Of a DNA stretch of 29,924 bases, positions 8,687 to 15,954 are shown piece by piece (within the stretch, counting starts at the first letter, position 1; each line of letters opens with the position of its first letter). The position numbers and the translations under genes are program-made. A model generated the notes under the pieces. It saw only the letters and a program-made list of their open reading frames with translations. It was not told where the DNA came from and did no database searches. Location of the stretch: IMG/VR virus record IMGVR_UViG_2541047891_000002; one strand, 5' to 3'. The stretch is from a virus (Duplodnaviria > Heunggongvirae > Uroviricota > Caudoviricetes).

Positions 8687-8755
8687 TTAATTAATAATAA
8701 CCCCGCCTGCAAATTCCCCTGAGTTACCCTCCTTTTATTACCGAAGGAGGGTTTC
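8687..8755 (+). promoter_or_regulatory. Candidate C-dependent late promoter region for lys
   Basis: 12-mer ATAACCCCGCCT at 8697-8708 is repeated exactly at 15903-15914 upstream of I; both followed within ~10-15 bp by TCCCC; also a near-dyad TTAATTAATAATAA at 8687-8700. Confidence 0.4.
8726..8752 (+). promoter_or_regulatory. Hairpin sequestering the lys ribosome-binding site
   Basis: ACCCTCCTT (8726-8734) pairs with AAGGAGGGT (8744-8752) around a 9-nt loop; the right arm contains the AGGAGG Shine-Dalgarno 5 nt before the lys ATG. Confidence 0.45.
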
Positions 8756-9184
8756 ATGAACGATTTTAAAAAACGTCTCCCCCGCATCATCAGAACACTT
8801 GCCATCGTGGTACTGGCGGCATGTGGTGGCTGGCAGTTGTCCGGCGATGGTGATTCATCGCTGGTTTCTGTTCAGTACCTTCCATACACAGACCAGCACG
8901 GCGAACTGACAGTTTGCCTTAACCATCACGGTCCTGATATTCAGCAACGCCCTTACAGCTATGGTGAATGCATCATGCTGTTGAAAGCAGATTTGAAGCC
9001 TGTTTATGACACGTTAAATACCCATCTGAACAGGCCACTGACAGAGGAACAAAAAAATGCACTGGCGGTGTTTATGTTCAGCGCCGGTTCTGGTGCTGTG
9101 CCCGCTCCCCGTAATAATCAGCTGCTGAATGATGATGTGTTACCGGTGCCGGGATTAATGCCGGGTATGTCGTCAGGGCTGTAA
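8756..9184 (+). CDS. lys: Lysozyme-fold endolysin homologue with SAR-type N-terminus, possibly degenerate
   Basis: 142 aa; N-terminus MNDFKKRLPRIIRTLAIVVLAACGGWQL (two Lys then a weakly hydrophobic Gly/Ala-rich segment); core YLPYTDQHGELTVCLNHHG aligns to the Y.PY.D.....T.C.GH block of SAR lysozymes; see findings for missing Glu. Confidence 0.7.
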   Translation: MNDFKKRLPRIIRTLAIVVLAACGGWQLSGDGDSSLVSVQYLPYTDQHGELTVCLNHHGPDIQQRPYSYGECIMLLKADLKPVYDTLNTHLNRPLTEEQKNALAVFMFSAGSGAVPAPRNNQLLNDDVLPVPGLMPGMSSGL

Positions 9185-9196
9185 ACAGGAGAGCGT

Positions 9197-9496
9197 GTGG
9201 ATATTTATTCAGTGCTGACCTACTCGATAGGCAGTGGCAGCACCATTGGTGGCATTTTGTGGTGGGCGGTGAGGCGTACATTTGCCAGCACGGAACGTGT
9301 GGAGCAAATCGAAAGCCGTTTAACCGCGCTTGAAACGAAGTGCGAAAACATGCCCAGTGCACAGGATTTACATGCTGTCCGGTTACAGACCGCAGAAACC
9401 AATGGTGAAGTGAAAGCGATGAACCGGCACATACAGGTGCTGACCCATCAACTGGAGCTTTTGCTCGAAAAGGCGCTCGGAGAGAACAACAAATGA
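9197..9496 (+). CDS. Membrane-anchored coiled-coil protein (i-spanin-like or releasin-like)
   Basis: GTG start 9197 with CAGGAGAG upstream; N-terminal hydrophobic helix SIGSGSTIGGILWWAV followed by a helical/coiled-coil region (EQIESRLTALETKCE ... HQLELLLEKAL). Confidence 0.5.
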   Translation: MDIYSVLTYSIGSGSTIGGILWWAVRRTFASTERVEQIESRLTALETKCENMPSAQDLHAVRLQTAETNGEVKAMNRHIQVLTHQLELLLEKALGENNK

Positions 9497-9783
9497 TTGA
9501 CGACATTCTGACGCAGGATCGCCGCCTGGTCATCCTGCGTTCACTGATGGACTGCAATAACGAGGCTAACGAATCCATTTTGCAGGATTGCCTGGATGCT
9601 TACGGGCATAACGTTTCACGTGATGTGGTTCGTGGTCAGATTGACTGGCTGGCAGAACAGCAGCTTGTCACCGTGGAAAACCTGCGCGGCTTTTATGTCG
9701 TGACACTGACCTCCCGTGGTCAGGATGTGGCTGAAGGCCGGGCTCGTGTTTCCGGTGTCAAACGTCCACGTCCCCGCTTCTGA
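9493..9783 (+). CDS. Conserved Mu-like late protein, soluble (96 aa)
   Basis: ATGA overlap with upstream gene; no hydrophobic segment; sits between the lysis genes and the D-like gene. Confidence 0.55.
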   Translation: MIDDILTQDRRLVILRSLMDCNNEANESILQDCLDAYGHNVSRDVVRGQIDWLAEQQLVTVENLRGFYVVTLTSRGQDVAEGRARVSGVKRPRPRF

Positions 9784-9791
9784 ACGGAGGC

Positions 9792-10370
9792 ATGATGGAC
9801 AGGAAAACTCGGGGACGGGCTTCAAAAGTGGATTTGCTGCCGGAAAACGTGCGCAAAACACTGCATGAAATGCTGCGTGACAAGGCAATCCCACAGGCCC
9901 GCATTCTGGAAGAAATTAACGCCCTGATTGAAGATGCCGGACTGCCTGATGACATGAAACTCTCCCGTTCCGGCCTGAACCGTTACGCGACAAACGTCGA
10001 ACAGGTAGGCCATAACCTGCGACAGATGCGTGAAATGACGTCAGCACTGACCGCAGAACTTGGCGACAAGCCAATGGGGGAAACCACAAAGCTGATTCTG
10101 GAAATGGCCCGCAGCCAGCTTTTTAAGGCCATGATGCGGCAAATCGAAAACCCGGAATCAGATGTGGATATTGACCTGCTTAAAAACGCCATGCTGGCAG
10201 CACAGCGTCTGGAATCCACGGCAATGTCCAGCCACAAACGCGAGAAAGAAATCCGTCAGGCATTCGCGGAAGAAGCGGCGAACGCTGTCAGTGAAGAACT
10301 GCGCGGGCAGGATGGCATCAGCGAAGAACTGGAGCAGCGTATCCGTGATGTGCTGCTGGGAAAAGCGTAA
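9792..10370 (+). CDS. D: Mu gp27 (D)-like protein, probable small terminase subunit
   Basis: 192 aa immediately upstream of the large-terminase region, in the position of Mu D; GGAGG next to the start. Confidence 0.65.
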   Translation: MMDRKTRGRASKVDLLPENVRKTLHEMLRDKAIPQARILEEINALIEDAGLPDDMKLSRSGLNRYATNVEQVGHNLRQMREMTSALTAELGDKPMGETTKLILEMARSQLFKAMMRQIENPESDVDIDLLKNAMLAAQRLESTAMSSHKREKEIRQAFAEEAANAVSEELRGQDGISEELEQRIRDVLLGKA

Positions 10371-10383
10371 AGGAGAAAATGTA

Positions 10384-10578
10384 ATGGCTGTTGAAACCAA
10401 AGAAAAAACGTCTGCGGAAATTGCCCTGAAACTCAAACCCATCGTCGAAGCGGCGCTGGCTGAGGAGGGCAATATTCATATCGTCACAAAAGCCGAATCA
10501 CTGTATCTGTTAATGCAGATTGTGGTTGGCCCGCGTATCGCGGGCCAGATCATCAGAGAGTCACAAATTAATCAGTAA
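10384..10578 (+). CDS. Hypothetical small protein (65 aa)
   Basis: ATG 10384 preceded by AGGAG (10371-10375) at 8-nt spacing; lies inside track ORF 10162-10578, whose upstream part overlaps the D-like gene. Confidence 0.4.
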   Translation: MAVETKEKTSAEIALKLKPIVEAALAEEGNIHIVTKAESLYLLMQIVVGPRIAGQIIRESQINQ

Positions 10579-10753
10579 TCATTGCCTCCAACAACTGATA
10601 AATATGTTTTAACAACTCCCGTTCTGACTTCACATTTTGATCAGAACCGGCAAGACACGCTGGCTGTTTATTCGTATTCATGCCAGCGATAACAAAGTCA
10701 CTTGCTATTTTTGCAATCTCAATTTTTTGGTCAATGGTCAGCTTTTCTTTCAT
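10568..10753 (-). CDS. Hypothetical small protein (61 aa) on the reverse strand between D and E
   Basis: Reverse-strand ORF with AAGAGG upstream of its ATG and a TATAAAT-like element ~35 nt upstream; AT-rich against GC-rich flanks; 3' end overlaps 10384-10578 by 11 bp. Confidence 0.4.
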   Translation of the reverse strand: MKEKLTIDQKIEIAKIASDFVIAGMNTNKQPACLAGSDQNVKSERELLKHIYQLLEAMITD

Positions 10754-10807
10754 AGCAACCTCTTTTTACTGATTAAAGCCTGAAAATTTATACCGGATTT
10801 TTCACCT

Positions 10808-12463
10808 GTGAGCACCAAAGAAAGCAAACTTAAAGCCCTTCATGCACCCCGCAAAATCGACCTGCGCAAGGAGGCCGAACTGCTTGGCGTGAATATCGTG
10901 ACCGATATCGGGGAAGCGCAGCCCCGCAATGAACCGGTTTTCCTAGGCTATCAGCGCCGCTGGTTTGAGGATGAAAGCCAGATTTGCATTGCTGAAAAAT
11001 CCCGTCGTACCGGTCTGACATGGGCCGAAGCGGGCCGCAATGTCATGACGGCCGCAAAGCCGCGTCGCCGTGGTGGTCGCAACGTCTTTTATGTGGGTTC
11101 CCGTCAGGAAATGGCGCTGGAATACATCGCCGCCTGTGCCCTGTTTGCCCGCGCCTTTAACCAGCTGGCAAAGGCTGACGTCTGGGAGCAGACCTTCTGG
11201 GACAGCGACAAAAAAGAAGAAATCCTCACCTACATGATCCGCTTTCCGAATAGTGGATTTAAGGTGCAGGCGCTTTCAAGCCGCCCGTCTAACCTGCGTG
11301 GTTTACAGGGGGATGTGGTGATTGATGAAGCGGCATTTCATGAAGCCCTGGACGAACTCCTGAAAGCGGCCTTTGCGCTCACCATGTGGGGTGCCCGCGT
11401 GCGGATCATATCGACACATAACGGCGTCGATAACCTGTTTAACCAGTACATTCAGGATGCACGCGAGGGGCGCAAGGATTACAGCGTTCACCGTATCACG
11501 CTGGACGATGCCATCGCTGACGGGCTGTACCGACGTATCTGTTATGTCACGAATCAGCCGTGGTCGCCGGAAGCGGAGAAAGCCTGGCGTGATGGCCTGT
11601 ACCGGAACGCGCCGAACAAAGAGAGCGCCGACGAGGAATACGGCTGTATTCCCAAAAAATCCGGTGGCGCTTACCTGTCCCGTGTCCTGATTGAAGCTGC
11701 CATGACACCCGCGCGGGATATCCCGGTTCTGCGTTTTGAAGCCCCGGACGATTTTGAATCGCTGACACCGCAGATGCGCCACGGTATCGTTCAGGACTGG
11801 TGTGAACAGGAGCTGCTCCCGTTGCTCGATGCGCTGTCGCCGCTCAATAAACACGTACTGGGCGAAGACTTTGCACGCCGTGGCGACCTGACGGTGTTTG
11901 TGCCGCTTGCCATCACTCCAGACTTACGCAAACGCGAATGTTTCCGCGTGGAGCTGCGTAATGTGACCTATGACCAGCAGCGACAAATCCTTTTATTCAT
12001 TCTGTCCCGTTTACCCCGTTTTACCGGCGCTGCATTTGATGCCACCGGTAACGGCGGTTATCTGGCAGAAGCCGCCCGTCTGATTTATGGCCCGGAGATG
12101 ATCGACTGTGTGAATCTGACCGCGTCCTGGTATCAGGAGTGGATGCCAAAACTGAAAGGCGAGTTTGAAGCGCAGAACATCACGATTGCCCGGCACCAGA
12201 CCACACTTGATGACCTGCTCCACATCAAGGTGGACAAAGGTATTCCGCAGATTGATAAGGGGCGCACAAAAGATGAAGGCGGTAAAGGCCGACGACATGG
12301 CGACTTTGCCGTGGCGCTCTGTATGGCTGTCAGGGCGTCTTATATGAATGGTTTTGTTATCGACGAGGACAGCATACAGGCGCTGCCACCACGCCACCGT
12401 GGTGATGATGTTGATAACGATGATTTTGATGATTATCACCAGTTTGAACGAGGGGGCTGGTAA
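10808..12463 (+). CDS. E: Terminase large subunit
   Basis: 551 aa; ATPase-like block GDVVIDEAAFH; followed by portal with TAATG overlap; start taken as GTG 10808 (no clear SD, alternative GTGs at 10889/10898). Confidence 0.85.
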   Translation: MSTKESKLKALHAPRKIDLRKEAELLGVNIVTDIGEAQPRNEPVFLGYQRRWFEDESQICIAEKSRRTGLTWAEAGRNVMTAAKPRRRGGRNVFYVGSRQEMALEYIAACALFARAFNQLAKADVWEQTFWDSDKKEEILTYMIRFPNSGFKVQALSSRPSNLRGLQGDVVIDEAAFHEALDELLKAAFALTMWGARVRIISTHNGVDNLFNQYIQDAREGRKDYSVHRITLDDAIADGLYRRICYVTNQPWSPEAEKAWRDGLYRNAPNKESADEEYGCIPKKSGGAYLSRVLIEAAMTPARDIPVLRFEAPDDFESLTPQMRHGIVQDWCEQELLPLLDALSPLNKHVLGEDFARRGDLTVFVPLAITPDLRKRECFRVELRNVTYDQQRQILLFILSRLPRFTGAAFDATGNGGYLAEAARLIYGPEMIDCVNLTASWYQEWMPKLKGEFEAQNITIARHQTTLDDLLHIKVDKGIPQIDKGRTKDEGGKGRRHGDFAVALCMAVRASYMNGFVIDEDSIQALPPRHRGDDVDNDDFDDYHQFERGGW

Positions 12464-14001
12464 TGGGCCGTATTCTGGATATTTCCGGGCAGCCGTTTGA
12501 TTTTGACGATGAAATGCAGACCCGCAGCGATGAGCTGGCAATGGTCATGAAGCGCACGCAGGAGCATCCCTCCAGTGGCGTGACGCCGAACCGGGCCGCG
12601 CAGATGCTGCGTGATGCCGAACGCGGTGATCTGACAGCACAGGCTGACCTGGCCTTTGATATGGAAGAAAAGGACACCCACCTTTTTTCCGAACTGAGCA
12701 AACGCCGCCTTGCCATTCAGGCGCTGGAATGGCGCATCGCTCCGGCACGTGATGCCAGCGCACAGGAGAAAAAAGACGCCGACATGCTGAATGAATATCT
12801 GCATGATGCGGCGTGGTTTGAAGATGCCCTGTTTGATGCCGGTGATGCCATTCTCAAGGGTTATTCCATGCAGGAGATTGAATGGGGCTGGCTGGGAAAA
12901 ATGCGCGTGCCGGTGGCGCTGCATCATCGCGATCCGGCGCTGTTCTGCGCGAACCCCGACAATCTGAACGAATTACGTCTGCGTGATACGTCTTATCACG
13001 GGCTGGAGCTGCAACCGTTCGGCTGGTTTATGCACCGGGCCAAATCCCGCACCGGGTATGTCGGCACCAATGGCCTTGTGCGCACGCTTATCTGGCCTTT
13101 TATTTTTAAAAACTATTCCGTGCGTGATTTTGCGGAGTTCCTGGAAATTTATGGACTCCCTATGCGCGTCGGTAAATATCCGACCGGCTCCACGAACCGC
13201 GAGAAAGCCACGTTGATGCAGGCCGTGATGGATATCGGGCGACGTGCCGGTGGCATTATTCCGATGGGGATGACGCTGGATTTTCAGAGCGCCGCAGATG
13301 GTCAGTCAGACCCCTTTATGGCGATGATTGGCTGGGCAGAAAAAGCGATTTCAAAAGCCATTCTGGGCGGCACCCTGACCACAGAGGCCGGAGATAAAGG
13401 TGCGCGGTCGCTGGGTGAAGTGCATGACGAGGTTCGCCGGGAAATCCGTAACGCGGATGTGGGCCAGCTTGCCCGCAGTATTAACCGTGACCTGATTTAT
13501 CCCCTGCTGGCACTGAACAGTAACAGCACCATTGATATTAACCGCCTGCCGGGCATTGTATTTGATACCAGTGAAGCGGGTGATATTACGGCACTGTCTG
13601 ACGCCATTCCGAAACTGGCGGCAGGAATGCGTATTCCGGTCTCCTGGATACAGGAAAAACTTCATATTCCACAGCCGGTCGGTGATGAAGCCGTGTTTAC
13701 TGTACAACCGGTTGTCCCGGATAACGGTTCGCAGAAAGAGGCCGCATTATCCGCTGATGATATCCCGCAGAAGGATGATATCGACCGGATGAGCGTTTCA
13801 CCGGAAGACTGGCAGCGTTCGGTTGATCCCCTGCTGAAACCCGTCATTCTTTCTGTGCTGAAAGATGGCCCGGAAGCCGCCATGAACAAAGCCGCTTCAT
13901 TATATCCGCAGATGGATGATGCAGAACTTATCGACATGCTGACCCGTGCCATTTTTGTTGCCGATATATGGGGGCGTCTGGATGCCGCAGCAGACCATTG
14001 A
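12463..14001 (+). CDS. H: Portal protein (Mu gp29/H-like, DUF935 type)
   Basis: 512 aa directly after the terminase gene; conserved portal position in Mu-type head modules. Confidence 0.88.
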   Translation: MGRILDISGQPFDFDDEMQTRSDELAMVMKRTQEHPSSGVTPNRAAQMLRDAERGDLTAQADLAFDMEEKDTHLFSELSKRRLAIQALEWRIAPARDASAQEKKDADMLNEYLHDAAWFEDALFDAGDAILKGYSMQEIEWGWLGKMRVPVALHHRDPALFCANPDNLNELRLRDTSYHGLELQPFGWFMHRAKSRTGYVGTNGLVRTLIWPFIFKNYSVRDFAEFLEIYGLPMRVGKYPTGSTNREKATLMQAVMDIGRRAGGIIPMGMTLDFQSAADGQSDPFMAMIGWAEKAISKAILGGTLTTEAGDKGARSLGEVHDEVRREIRNADVGQLARSINRDLIYPLLALNSNSTIDINRLPGIVFDTSEAGDITALSDAIPKLAAGMRIPVSWIQEKLHIPQPVGDEAVFTVQPVVPDNGSQKEAALSADDIPQKDDIDRMSVSPEDWQRSVDPLLKPVILSVLKDGPEAAMNKAASLYPQMDDAELIDMLTRAIFVADIWGRLDAAADH

Positions 14002-15301
14002 TCTGGCGTATGCCGCACGCCTCCCGCCAAAGGAGGCTGTCGCGTATTTCCGCGCCAAAGGCTACAACATCACCTGGAACTGGTACGAACAACTGGCAGA
14101 CGCGCACGCCCGTGCCTTTACCGTTGCCAAAGCTGCCCGGATGGATGTCCTGACCACAATCCGTGAGGAAGTGGAGCGGGCTGTCAGTGAGGGTATCACC
14201 CGTGAGGAATTTACCCGCACACTGGCTCCCCGGTTGCAAAAGCTCGGATGGTGGGGAAAACAAATCATTGTGGATGCAGAGGGAAACGCGAAGGAAATCG
14301 AACTGGGCAGTCCGCGTCGTCTGGCAACCATTTATAACGTCAATACCCGTACAGCGTACGGGGCGGGACGTTATGCACAGATGATGAATACCGCAGACCT
14401 GTATCCGTACTGGCAGTATGTCGCCGTTATGGACAGCAGAACGCGCCCGGAACATGCCCGGCTGCATAATATGATTTTCCGGTATGACGATATTTTCTGG
14501 CAGACACATTACCCGCCCAATGGCTGGAGCTGTCGCTGCCGCGTTCGTGCGATATCTGCGACCCGAATGAAAGAACTGGGATTACAGGTCAGCTATGGTG
14601 CTTCATTCATGGATACCCGCGAAGTGGAGGCCGGCACGGATGAAAGCACAGGAGAGATTTTCCGCACATCGTCAACCACGTTTGACAACGGTCGGGTAAA
14701 AATGACGCCGGACGTTGGCTGGTCATATAACCCCGGTTCGGCGGCATTCGGTACTGATCAGGCGCTGATTCGAAAACTGGTGGAAGTTCGTGACGCGCAG
14801 CTGCGTGAGCAGGTTGTACAAACGCTGAATAACAGCCGGGAGCGCCAGCTTGCTTTTTCCCTGTGGCTTAATCGTCTGGCGAAATCACGTCACGCCGGGC
14901 GTGAGATCCGGGCACTGGGTTTTATGACGGAATCGGTAGCTGAAGCCGTACATCAGCGCACCGGGAATATGCCAGCCCGTTTACTGGTGATGAATGGAGA
15001 AAGTCTGGCTACCGCTGCTGATGCTGCCCTGAAAGCAGAGGATTTACAGCGTCTGCCGTCTCTGATGGCAGAACCACAGGCGGTATTGTGGGACAGAAAA
15101 AATCACCAGCTGCTGTACGTTGTGGCAACCCGTGACGGCACGGCCCAAATTGTGGTCAGAACATCACAGACAGTCGGCAGGCAGAATGACCGGGCGGATG
15201 TGCTGGTCAGTATCAGCCGCGTATCTGCACAGTCGCTTGAAGCCGCGATTGCTGACGGGATGATTGACGTACTGGAAGGGCATGTGGAGGTGAATAAGTG
15301 A
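13982..15301 (+). CDS. F: Head morphogenesis protein F (Mu F / SPP1 gp7 family)
   Basis: Track ORF 13946-15301; preferred start ATG 13982 with GGGGGCG upstream; contains RTRPEHARLHN ... PPNGWSCRCR block typical of the Mu F family. Confidence 0.85.
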   Translation: MPQQTIDLAYAARLPPKEAVAYFRAKGYNITWNWYEQLADAHARAFTVAKAARMDVLTTIREEVERAVSEGITREEFTRTLAPRLQKLGWWGKQIIVDAEGNAKEIELGSPRRLATIYNVNTRTAYGAGRYAQMMNTADLYPYWQYVAVMDSRTRPEHARLHNMIFRYDDIFWQTHYPPNGWSCRCRVRAISATRMKELGLQVSYGASFMDTREVEAGTDESTGEIFRTSSTTFDNGRVKMTPDVGWSYNPGSAAFGTDQALIRKLVEVRDAQLREQVVQTLNNSRERQLAFSLWLNRLAKSRHAGREIRALGFMTESVAEAVHQRTGNMPARLLVMNGESLATAADAALKAEDLQRLPSLMAEPQAVLWDRKNHQLLYVVATRDGTAQIVVRTSQTVGRQNDRADVLVSISRVSAQSLEAAIADGMIDVLEGHVEVNK

Positions 15302-15768
15302 GTCTTGATATGAACGTTGCCGTGGATGTGCGACGTATCCGGCTTGCTCTTGATGATCTGGCAACGGTAACGCATGACGGATATGTGCCACGTGTGATGG
15401 CTGCGGCATTGCTGTCGTCTTCTGAACAGGCTTTTGAACGGCAGGCAGACCCGGACACGGGCCAGAGCTGGGAGTCATGGAGTGACCCGTGGCTGGCATG
15501 GCGTCAGGAGCATGGTTTTGTTCCGGGTAGCATTCTTACCCTGCATGGCGATCTGGCCCGCAGCATCACTTCCGCTTACGGCCCGGATTATGCCCTGATT
15601 GGCTCACCAAAAGTTTACGCTGCTATTCATCAGTGGGGCGGTAAGCCTGATATGCCCCCCGGTCCGGCAGGTGTTCCTGCACGTCCTTATATGGGGCTGG
15701 ATAAGAGCGGTGAGCAGGAAATTTATGATGCCATCAGAAAACGCGTAAGCGCCGCTCTGACGCAGTAA
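15298..15768 (+). CDS. G: Virion morphogenesis protein G
   Basis: 156 aa; GTG 15298 with GGAGG 7 nt upstream, overlapping the F stop; position between F and I as in Mu. Confidence 0.8.
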   Translation: MSLDMNVAVDVRRIRLALDDLATVTHDGYVPRVMAAALLSSSEQAFERQADPDTGQSWESWSDPWLAWRQEHGFVPGSILTLHGDLARSITSAYGPDYALIGSPKVYAAIHQWGGKPDMPPGPAGVPARPYMGLDKSGEQEIYDAIRKRVSAALTQ

Positions 15769-15954
15769 CCAGATACAGAGATAAAATCACGCGATAAAGA
15801 ATTTTTGAAGGTTCTGTGGCGTTTTTGAAGGGGTTTTGAAGGGGGTAGCGTCATGCATTTCCCTTCCCCTTTATCTTTCTCCTACAGAATTACTAAAACT
15901 GGATAACCCCGCCTTTTCTCCCGTTCCCCGCACACTGGCTACTCACAAATCACG
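15769..15954 (+). promoter_or_regulatory. G-I intergenic region: candidate late promoter for I and positional equivalent of the Mu strong gyrase site
   Basis: 186 bp without a credible ORF; three direct repeats of TTTTGAAGG; inverted repeat GAAGGG / CCCTTC; 12-mer ATAACCCCGCCT (15903-15914) identical to the one upstream of lys. Confidence 0.5.
15802..15845 (+). repeat. Three direct repeats TTTTGAAGG(G)
   Basis: Copies at 15802-15811, 15822-15833 and 15834-15845 (spacing 20 and 12 bp), read directly from the sequence. Confidence 0.8.

Noticed and set aside
8726-8752. Hairpin upstream of lys read as an intrinsic terminator for the C transcript
   Set aside because: No T-tract follows the stem (only TTTC), and the stem contains the lys ribosome-binding site, so a translational-control structure is more likely
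9078-9578. - strand ORF of 166 aa overlapping lys and the downstream membrane protein
   Set aside because: Antisense to two + strand genes that have ribosome-binding sites and homology support
12011-12541. - strand ORF of 176 aa inside the large-terminase gene
   Set aside because: Fully embedded antisense to a well-supported conserved CDS, with no ribosome-binding site; typical shadow ORF in GC-rich coding sequence
15769-15954. Anti-CRISPR (acr-aca) cassette between G and I, as found in Pseudomonas Mu-like phages
   Set aside because: The interval is only 186 bp and has no ORF beyond a 17-codon ATG-initiated frame; it is better explained as a promoter/repeat region
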